The notes under the pieces were generated by a model. The model worked only from the letters and a program-made list of their open reading frames with translations. It was not told where the DNA came from and searched no databases. DNA of 32,000 bases from Candidatus Peribacter riflensis (GTDB lineage Bacteria; Patescibacteriota; Gracilibacteria; Peribacterales; Peribacteraceae). Position 1 is the stretch's first letter. Each line of letters opens with the position of its first letter. A program made the translations under genes and the position numbers. Positions 15,494 through 22,181 of this stretch are shown piece after piece. Location of the stretch: NCBI GenBank assembly GCA_001430755.1, contig CP013062.1, positions 300,001 to 332,000 on the forward strand, given 5' to 3'.

Positions 15494-17578
15494 CTAGTCC
15501 TGCGAGATGTTGTCCGCGCGGATGATCGCTATAGGCTCATCCGATTCTCCGGCTTCCTTGGGGGGCACGGGTTCTGCAGGCGGAGGCAGTGATTTTTCCT
15601 TCTTCTTGGGGGGAGCGGGGATATCGGGTTCCGGCTGCTCTGGTTCCGGCTCATGTGCCGGAGCAGATTCCTGCGGCGCCACTGCATCCGCCGTTTCCTC
15701 TTCGCGTTTCTTCTTATTGGCGCGGTAGCGGGCACGCTTCTTCCGGCGCCGCTCGCGTTCTGCGGGAGAGAGCTCCTCTTTTTTTCCCTCCGTGGGAGCG
15801 GTGGCGGGTGCCAGAACGGGTGCTGGAGCGGAAGGCTCCGCAATCGGTGCAGGTGATGGAGGGGGCGTAGGAGGGGGAGTGACCGGGGGGGCGGGCGGAG
15901 GAGGCGGTGGGGGCTCAGGGAGCTTTGGCGTTTCCGTCTTGGGAGACAGCGGAGGAGTGGGCGTTGCCGGAGCGGCAGGGGATGGAGGCGGAGGCGGAGG
16001 CGGAGGCGGAGGAGGGGGAGTCGCTTCGACTGCGGGGGTGGAGGGCTCCATCCAGGGCGGGAGCGGGCGCTTCTCTGCGGCAGGCGCTTCGGTGACGGGT
16101 TCCGTGGGGAGAGATGGAGCGGCTGTTGCCACCGTATGGCCACGCTTTTCCGCTTCTTCGTGACCTTGTTTGAGCCAGCTCGGCGCTTCCTCCTCCTGGA
16201 AAGACAATTCGCTCAGCTTTTCCGGTCCCTCCGGTGCAACTGTGGGTTCCGTCAGCACTTCCTGCGGAGCATGTTCCGGCTGAGTGTGCTGTACGGGTGC
16301 AACATCGATGAAGGCCATGGGCGGAGGAAGGTCGAGGGAGGGCGGTGAGGATGGCGTCTTCTTGGCTGGTGCGGCTGTCGGCGGATTCTCGGGTCCTGTA
16401 TCCAGTCGTCTCTGAACCACCTTGCCGATGAGCATGACGATGCCGAATCCGGCGCCGACAGCCAGCAGAAGTCCTGCAACGATCATCAGGATGGTCTTGA
16501 GTCCAAACGATGACGGCTCTTCCGTTCCTGTGCCCGCAGAGGAAGAAGAGGTGCTTTCGAACGAGCTCGAAGATGTGTTCGGAGCCATGACGGTCGAAAC
16601 CGGAAGGATACCCGTTACATTGAGCACTTCCACTGTGGTCGTCAGATCCCGCACGCGCAGGATGACCGTGAACTCGCCGTTTGCTGCATAGAGATGCACG
16701 GGCTGGTCCAGCATGCTCTGTCGGCCATCGCCGAAATCCCAGTGGAACAAGAGCGGACGTCCATCTCCTGAGAGAGCCGTCGGGTCCACGGAGAAGGCAT
16801 ACGTTCCGTTGCCGCGATCTTCGATCTGAATGAGCTCGAGGCCCGAGGGTGTGGCGAGTGGTTGCTCCGGAGCAGGGGTCGTCGGCACGCCACCGCCGGA
16901 AGCGAGCCGCACGATCTGTGTCGTTGGTCCGGCAGCATTGGCGCCCCGGACCGTGATGGTCCTGTTCGTGTTGCCGTCGGTGAACCAGATGCGCAGGGCG
17001 GAACCCTCCGCCTCGAAGAACGTCCCCCGGCTTTCGGGGTCGTTCGTGGGGTCTCCGTCTCCGTCGGCATCCTGATCACTGTTGAAGTCTGCAGTCAGGT
17101 TCGTCGCGCCGTTCGTGGCGCGGAGGAGGAAGGTCTGGTAATTCGTATCGAGGATGACGACGCCGTTTGCATCGGAAAGGGGATCGGTTTCCACGAGAGG
17201 CTGGGTCGTTACAGGCGCCGTCGCCGGTGCGTCGGCAACGATGTGGATGGCGAATGTGCGCTGGGTGAGGGGAGTGCGGTCAGCCGCAGCCACCTCGCCG
17301 CGGAGCAGAAAATCTCCGGCTCCCACGAAGCGCTCGCGAAAGAGCGGTCCGCGGTCCGCCTGCACGAACGTGCCGTCTGCTTTGGTGAGCGACCAGGTGA
17401 CTTGCTGATCGGGGATGCCCGATGTTGCCAGGATCTCGAACACGCTGCCGGGAGCCAGTGTCCAGGATTCCATGAGGAAGGGTTGATCCTGTTCGATGGC
17501 GAAAGCGGCATTCCCTCCCGCGAGAAGCGCGAGGGCGATGCCCAGTCCCAGCCGGCGGAGAGTGAAAGAGGTGCGCAT
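15494..17578 (-). CDS. Single-pass membrane protein: signal peptide, extracellular region with a PKD domain, transmembrane helix, long proline-rich and basic cytoplasmic tail
   Basis: Signal peptide MRTSFTLRRLGLGIALALLAGGNAAFA. PKD block LLFHWDFGDGRQSMLDQPVHLYAANGEFTVILRVRD. Transmembrane helix ILMIVAGLLLAVGAGFGIVMLIG. The tail has runs such as PPPPPPPPPPPP and ERERRRKKRARYRANKKKREEE. Confidence 0.8.
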   Translation of the reverse strand: MRTSFTLRRLGLGIALALLAGGNAAFAIEQDQPFLMESWTLAPGSVFEILATSGIPDQQVTWSLTKADGTFVQADRGPLFRERFVGAGDFLLRGEVAAADRTPLTQRTFAIHIVADAPATAPVTTQPLVETDPLSDANGVVILDTNYQTFLLRATNGATNLTADFNSDQDADGDGDPTNDPESRGTFFEAEGSALRIWFTDGNTNRTITVRGANAAGPTTQIVRLASGGGVPTTPAPEQPLATPSGLELIQIEDRGNGTYAFSVDPTALSGDGRPLLFHWDFGDGRQSMLDQPVHLYAANGEFTVILRVRDLTTTVEVLNVTGILPVSTVMAPNTSSSSFESTSSSSAGTGTEEPSSFGLKTILMIVAGLLLAVGAGFGIVMLIGKVVQRRLDTGPENPPTAAPAKKTPSSPPSLDLPPPMAFIDVAPVQHTQPEHAPQEVLTEPTVAPEGPEKLSELSFQEEEAPSWLKQGHEEAEKRGHTVATAAPSLPTEPVTEAPAAEKRPLPPWMEPSTPAVEATPPPPPPPPPPPPSPAAPATPTPPLSPKTETPKLPEPPPPPPPAPPVTPPPTPPPSPAPIAEPSAPAPVLAPATAPTEGKKEELSPAERERRRKKRARYRANKKKREEETADAVAPQESAPAHEPEPEQPEPDIPAPPKKKEKSLPPPAEPVPPKEAGESDEPIAIIRADNISQD

Positions 17579-17580
17579 CG

Positions 17581-17925
17581 TTAGAAAACGGAGATCACGA
17601 AGTTGACAATGGCGTTGGCAATGAGAATGAGGATGAGTCCCACGATGGTGTAGATGACGATCTTCTTGGCTCGTTCTTTTGCACTCTCCTCGCCAAATCC
17701 CACGATGAGCCAGATGCCTGCGATGATGATGACGATGACAGCGATGAGAGAGACGTATGTCAGGATCTGTTGGGTGATCGAGATGATGGCGCCTCGCAGA
17801 TCAACCCCGCCGCCTCCGCCGCCGACATTGATTTCGTTGGCATCGCCCAGTGGTCCCTGCGCGGCGGCCAGCCGCGGAAGTGTGAGGAGTGCGAGCGCGG
17901 TGATGCGGGACCGGAGAGTGGTCAT
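17581..17925 (-). CDS. Type IV secretion system pilin-like protein (VirB2/TrbC-like, CPR type), copy 2
   Basis: Signal peptide, then ...LRGAIISITQQILTYVSLIAVIVIIIAGIWLIVGFGEESAKERAKKIVIYTIVGLILILIANAIVNFV. This is the two-helix hairpin with the conserved G..E...K.AKK....(I/A)(V/I)GL pattern. Confidence 0.75.
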   Translation of the reverse strand: MTTLRSRITALALLTLPRLAAAQGPLGDANEINVGGGGGGVDLRGAIISITQQILTYVSLIAVIVIIIAGIWLIVGFGEESAKERAKKIVIYTIVGLILILIANAIVNFVISVF

Positions 17926-17930
17926 AGGGA

Positions 17931-18314
17931 TCAGCTGACGAGACCGATGAAGAACATAACGAGTGCTTTGGCGAGCAGGATGAGAACGAGGCCGATGGCG
18001 GTGTAGATCACGATCTTCTTCGCCGTTTCTTTCGCCGAATCACTGCCGAGGCTCAGGATCAGGTAGAGTCCTGCGATAATGATCATGACGACGGCAATGA
18101 GCGCGACGTACGTCAGGATCTTGTTCACGATATTGGCGATAGTCACGCGCAGGCTGCCTCCCTGAATGCCCTGCACACCCAGGCTTTCTGCTCCCGGCTG
18201 CAGACCCGGCCCGGTGTAGACCTGTGCGAGGGCGTGCCCTTCTGGCACGGCCATTTGGAGCATGGCGACGGTGCATCCGAGGGCGATGGCGCTGAGCCAG
18301 AGGCGGGTTCTCAT
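17931..18314 (-). CDS. Type IV secretion system pilin-like protein (VirB2/TrbC-like, CPR type), copy 1
   Basis: The start at cat 18312-18314 gives MRTRLWLSAIALGCTVAMLQMAVPEGHALAQ. Then ...LRVTIANIVNKILTYVALIAVVMIIIAGLYLILSLGSDSAKETAKKIVIYTAIGLVLILLAKALVMFF, paralogous to 17581-17925. Confidence 0.75.
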   Translation of the reverse strand: MRTRLWLSAIALGCTVAMLQMAVPEGHALAQVYTGPGLQPGAESLGVQGIQGGSLRVTIANIVNKILTYVALIAVVMIIIAGLYLILSLGSDSAKETAKKIVIYTAIGLVLILLAKALVMFFIGLVS

Positions 18315-18345
18315 AGGCGAAAAGGGAATCTGTCTTCTTCTTTGT

Positions 18346-18354
18346 ATGATAGCA
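18346..18354 (-). promoter_or_regulatory. Candidate extended -10 (TGCTATCAT on the minus strand) for the pilin-PKD operon
   Basis: The reverse complement of atgatagca is TGcTATCAT, about 30 nt upstream of ATG 18314. Confidence 0.35.
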
Positions 18355-19386
18355 TACTTTGCGTCATTTTGCCACTCTGTATTCGTGAGTCCTCCATCGC
18401 CCCAAACGCTCCTCCGGCATGCCAAAGTTCCCGCATTCCTCGTGACGAATCTCGTGAATATCCGCTACCTCACGGGGACGGACGTGAGCGCGGGCGCGGT
18501 GCTCGTGACGCCGCGTCGTTTGCTCTTCTTCGTCGATCCGCGTTACCGCGAAGTGGCCGCCAACAGTGCATCGTCGTGTACCGTCTGCGATCTGCGGGAT
18601 CTCAAGCGCATGCTCGCACGCATACCGCTGTGTGGGTGTGAAGCGGAATCGGTGACGCTGGCGCAGAAACAGAGATGGAAATCTCAGTTCCGTCCGACGA
18701 AGTTCCTGCCGAAGAGCGGCGTGCTCGAATACTTCCGGCGATCCAAAAATTCCAAGGAACTGAAGCTCTTCCGTACGGCGCAGAAGATCACGCAAGAGAT
18801 CCTGCGCCGCGTTCCTGCCGCGCTGCGGGGACCCGTTTCGGAACGGGAACTGGCCTGGAAACTGCACGCCTGGGCCCGTGAACTCCGTGCGGATCAGCAG
18901 ATGGCTTTCGATCCCATCGTCGCCTTCGGCATGCATACGAGTCGTCCACACCACCACCCCACGACACGTACCCTGAAGAAGGGGGATATCGTGCAGGTGG
19001 ACACAGGTGCGCGTGTGGGCGGGTACTGTGCGGATCAGAGCCGCGTCTTCTTCACGGGTACAAAAACTCCGGCTGAGGAGCGTGCCCTCGCCGCAGTGGA
19101 GGAGGCGAAGCACGCGGCAGAACGATTGGTCCGGACGGGGGCATCGACACACGAGCTCGATCGCGCTGCGCGAGCCGTCTTGCAGAAGCACGGCATGGAA
19201 GATGCGTTCGCCCACTCGCTCGGGCATGGCGTGGGTTTGGAAATTCACGAGGGCGTGACCTTGAGCCAGCTGCGCCCCGAGGAACACCTGCTGTCGCAGG
19301 AAATCGTCACCATTGAACCGGGGGTGTACTTCCCGGGGAAATTCGGAATCCGTCTGGAGGACGAAGTGGTTGTTTCAGGCGATTGA
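18346..19386 (+). CDS. M24-family Xaa-Pro aminopeptidase/dipeptidase
   Basis: Creatinase-like N-terminus (AFLVTNLVNIRYLTG...FFVDPRYREVA). Pita-bread metal ligands: VQVDTGARVGGYCADQSR, HSLGHGVGLEIHE, VTIEPGVYF, IRLEDEVVV. The start is uncertain: ATG 18346, or in-frame GTG 18385. Confidence 0.8.
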   Translation: MIAYFASFCHSVFVSPPSPQTLLRHAKVPAFLVTNLVNIRYLTGTDVSAGAVLVTPRRLLFFVDPRYREVAANSASSCTVCDLRDLKRMLARIPLCGCEAESVTLAQKQRWKSQFRPTKFLPKSGVLEYFRRSKNSKELKLFRTAQKITQEILRRVPAALRGPVSERELAWKLHAWARELRADQQMAFDPIVAFGMHTSRPHHHPTTRTLKKGDIVQVDTGARVGGYCADQSRVFFTGTKTPAEERALAAVEEAKHAAERLVRTGASTHELDRAARAVLQKHGMEDAFAHSLGHGVGLEIHEGVTLSQLRPEEHLLSQEIVTIEPGVYFPGKFGIRLEDEVVVSGD

Positions 19387-19487
19387 GCCCTTTATAGAGC
19401 CAAAAAATAATATGACAATCATTCATTTCATTTGGTGAAGAAAGCATATTCTGCTGTCTGCTTGAAGGGGACGCAGCGCACTAAAAA

Positions 19488-19496
19488 TGCTAGAAT
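19488..19496 (+). promoter_or_regulatory. Candidate extended -10 (TGCTAGAAT) 8 nt before ATG 19505 (leaderless-type)
   Basis: TGcTAGAAT-gatgagaa-ATG, sitting in an AT-rich intergenic stretch. Confidence 0.4.
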
Positions 19497-19504
19497 GATG
19501 AGAA

Positions 19505-20905
19505 ATGCACATCAAAACTATCCCGCTCTATCGCCGACGCCGCATCCGCATTCCCCGGCACATCCGCGTGATCGTCGTGCTCTTGAGTCTCGTGGTGCCG
19601 GTCTGGACCATGGGAGTCGGCAGAGATCAGCCGCGCGAACAGGATTTCATCCTCACGGCCTACTACTCGCCGCTCCCCGGACAGTGTTGCTACGTCAAGG
19701 GCGGGTACCGCGCCGACAAAGTGTTGAACGGAGAGGGGACGCACGGGGCCGACGGAACGCCGGTGTATCCCGGCATGATCGCCGCACCCGCCAGCTATTC
19801 GTTCGGCACGGTCGTTGTACTGCCCGGCATGGGCACGTTCACCGTCCATGATCGCGGTGGGGCCATCACGGAACTGCCGAAAGGGGAGCACCGTCTGGAT
19901 ATTTGGGTGGGTGAGGGGGAGGAGGGGTTGGCGCGGGCACTCGCCTTCGGCGTGCGGCGCGTGCACGGCTCGGTCTATGCCTTCGGGGGTTATCAGCCCA
20001 AGGAGCGTTTCGCACTCGATAACTTTCCTGCGGTGCTCGCCCGGCTCGAGCCATTCCTCGTGCGTGGGCAGCATCTGCTCGTCCCGCAGGTGAAAGCGGG
20101 GGATCGCGGGCTCTCGGTAGAGATGCTGCAGCATTCCCTCCAGAAACTGGGGTTCTTCGAGCACACCGTCACCGGTCTCTTCGGTGCGGTCACGCAGAGT
20201 TCTCTTCAGGAATTCCACAATGCCTATGGTCTGCAGGAGCCGTCGGACCGGCTCAGTGAGCGCTCCGCTGCAGCTCTCTCGGCTGCTGTGCAGCGTGCCG
20301 GAGCGGCGCAGCCGGTCCTCCGGAATGTGGACAAACATGCGAAGCCGTCGGTCGTGCGCGCGGCGCAGCGAACACTGCGATTTCTGGGGTTCTACCGCGG
20401 ACGCACGAACGGGCAGTATGACGATGCGCTGGCGGGTGCGATCCTTACATTCCAGCAGACCGAGCAGCTGGTGGGCACGGCCACGGATCCCGGGGCCGGA
20501 CGCATCGGGCCGCTCACGCGTGGCAAACTGCGGGAGGAGTGGAATCAGAAACTCACCATGGAGCTTGCCGAGCGGCTGCTCACACTCCACCGTGTGGAAG
20601 TGCTGCTCGATGAGCGCGGAAAAAACGTCGATCAGTTCCTCGGCGAGGGGGAGAGCGGTGCGCAGGTTTCGCTCCTGCAGCGCCTGCTTGCCGACCGCGG
20701 GTACTTTCCGCGCGAGAAAGTGAACGGGTATTTCGGTCCGCAGACGAAGGCAGCCGTCCTGCAGTATCAGATTGACCGCAAACTTGTCACCGAAGGAGGG
20801 AGCGGAGCGGGGGCCGTGGGTCCGCAAACACTCCGGAGCCTGCGTTCGGAGGAGCAGCAGGAGGCCTATGTGCTGGTGAGAAGCGAGGGGTGGAGGGCGC
20901 TTTAG
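19505..20905 (+). CDS. Membrane-anchored cell-wall enzyme: 3D (MltA-like DPBB) domain plus three PG_binding_1 repeats
   Basis: 3D block FILTAYYSPLPGQ...HGADGTPVYPGMIAAPASYSFGTVVVLPGMGTFTVHDRGGAI...RLDIW. Three peptidoglycan-binding repeats, e.g. VRAAQRTLRFLGFYRGRTNGQYDDALAGAILTFQ and VSLLQRLLADRGYFPREKVNGYFGPQTKAAVLQYQ. Confidence 0.8.
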   Translation: MHIKTIPLYRRRRIRIPRHIRVIVVLLSLVVPVWTMGVGRDQPREQDFILTAYYSPLPGQCCYVKGGYRADKVLNGEGTHGADGTPVYPGMIAAPASYSFGTVVVLPGMGTFTVHDRGGAITELPKGEHRLDIWVGEGEEGLARALAFGVRRVHGSVYAFGGYQPKERFALDNFPAVLARLEPFLVRGQHLLVPQVKAGDRGLSVEMLQHSLQKLGFFEHTVTGLFGAVTQSSLQEFHNAYGLQEPSDRLSERSAAALSAAVQRAGAAQPVLRNVDKHAKPSVVRAAQRTLRFLGFYRGRTNGQYDDALAGAILTFQQTEQLVGTATDPGAGRIGPLTRGKLREEWNQKLTMELAERLLTLHRVEVLLDERGKNVDQFLGEGESGAQVSLLQRLLADRGYFPREKVNGYFGPQTKAAVLQYQIDRKLVTEGGSGAGAVGPQTLRSLRSEEQQEAYVLVRSEGWRAL

Positions 20906-20968
20906 GGCTAGGGTGAGGGCTAGGGATTTTTTGTGATACCTAATCCTCTTCCTAACCCTAACCCTAAC
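20903..20968 (+). repeat. Inverted repeat of hexamer tandem units (TAGGGC/TAGGGT... versus ...CCTAAC CCTAAC CCTAAC) starting on the stop codon
   Basis: The left arm tagggctagggtgagggctaggg (20903-20925) pairs with the right arm cctaatcctcttcctaaccctaaccctaac (20939-20968). The outer 17 positions match 15/17. Confidence 0.7.
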
Positions 20969-21000
20969 TGTGGGCGTCAATTGCACTTCTTTCATGACTC

Positions 21001-22059
21001 ATGCAGCATGCTCCCATGCGCCGGTTCGCGTTGTTTGCCGTGCTGTGCCTTGTGCCGCTCTCTGTCTTCTCTCAAGACGGCGCTCTCACGCGCCGTGACG
21101 GATTTCTGCTGATCTGGGAGGGAATAAGGCGCGATCCGGATCCCACCAGCGAGACGCCGTTCCGCGACGTGCCGAAAGGGGAGCGGGGCAGCGCTCAGAT
21201 CACGTACGCCAAGGCGCGCGGGCTGCTCGATGATGCTGAGTCGTTCTTTCCCGATGAGCCGCTCCTGTTCAGAGATGCCGTGCTGTGGCTCTTGCGCACG
21301 CGCAACGTGGCGGATCTCGATGCGATGACGCCCGAGGCGCTCCCGGTCCTGCTGCAGCGCTATCCCTTCGTTGAACAGTCACGCGATCTTGCGCTTCCGC
21401 TTTCCTCCACAGATGCGCTCCTCGCGCTCTCTGTTGCGCTCGATCAAATGCTGGCCGAGGAGGTGCACGAAACCAGCCTGTATTCCGAAAAATTCCACGG
21501 CAAGGGAACAGCGTGCGGGGAGCCGTTCGACATGTACGCGCTCACGGCTGCACACCGCACGTTTCCGTGCAATACGCTCGTGAAGGTGACGAATATCGGG
21601 AACCAGCAGAGCGTGATCGTGCGCATCAACGACCGTGGTCCGTACGTCGATGGCCGCGACATGGATCTGAGCCTCGAGGCCTTCACGCGCATCGCGCCAC
21701 GCAGTCAGGGTGTTGCACAAGTGCGCTTCGAGCGGCTCGGCGACGACGCACTCGTCGACTCCTGTGACGGAGCTGTACGTCGCTACCAGAAGCGCATTAC
21801 GCGGGATGTCCGCTTCGACCGTGGCGTTCCCCATGCGTCGCCGATCGGCTCACCCATCGCGCTCACATCCGTCCGTCCTTTCGTCGTCCGTTCCATCGTG
21901 TATCCGGATGGTTCGACGGAGCGCATCGAAGACTGGGTGAATCCCGGCGAGGTGTTCTCGTTCACGCCGTCCCTCACCGGCCTCTACTCCTTCAGGGTCG
22001 GGAGCGTGGATGGTCGTGTGCGGGACATGCAAATGAATGCCTGGGAGTGCGCCCAATGA
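21001..22059 (+). CDS. rlpA: Secreted RlpA-family (DPBB) lytic transglycosylase-like protein
   Basis: Signal peptide MRRFALFAVLCLVPLSVFSQ (alternative start 21016). DPBB block SLYSEKFHGKGTACGEPFDMYALTAAHRTFPCNTLVKVTNIGNQQSVIVRINDRGPYVDGRDMDLSLEAF. Confidence 0.8.
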   Translation: MQHAPMRRFALFAVLCLVPLSVFSQDGALTRRDGFLLIWEGIRRDPDPTSETPFRDVPKGERGSAQITYAKARGLLDDAESFFPDEPLLFRDAVLWLLRTRNVADLDAMTPEALPVLLQRYPFVEQSRDLALPLSSTDALLALSVALDQMLAEEVHETSLYSEKFHGKGTACGEPFDMYALTAAHRTFPCNTLVKVTNIGNQQSVIVRINDRGPYVDGRDMDLSLEAFTRIAPRSQGVAQVRFERLGDDALVDSCDGAVRRYQKRITRDVRFDRGVPHASPIGSPIALTSVRPFVVRSIVYPDGSTERIEDWVNPGEVFSFTPSLTGLYSFRVGSVDGRVRDMQMNAWECAQ

Positions 22060-22137
22060 CGTGAGCGATTAATTTATTAATGCATCATAATTCAGATAAG
22101 TATCAAGTTGCCGTCAGGGGCATCGGATGCCGAAATC

Positions 22138-22146
22138 TGCTATAAT
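22138..22146 (+). promoter_or_regulatory. Candidate extended -10 (TGCTATAAT) upstream of the coupling-ATPase gene
   Basis: A perfect TATAAT with TG at -15/-14, 35 nt upstream of the TTG start at 22182. Confidence 0.45.
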
Positions 22147-22181
22147 TAATCGAATTACTTGTATATTCCTCACGTACCCTT

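Noticed and set aside
15900-16030. A GGN/GGA-rich low-complexity tract with several plus-strand Gly-rich ORFs (for example 15792-16163).
   Set aside because: It is the complement of the poly-proline-coding part of the 694-aa minus-strand gene, whose frame runs continuously from a signal peptide and PKD domain.
20939-20968. The (CCCTAA)-like run cctaaccctaaccctaac looks like telomeric repeats.
   Set aside because: It is fewer than three units, internal to a bacterial gene-dense region, and explained as the right arm of an inverted repeat with the TAGGG-rich left arm.
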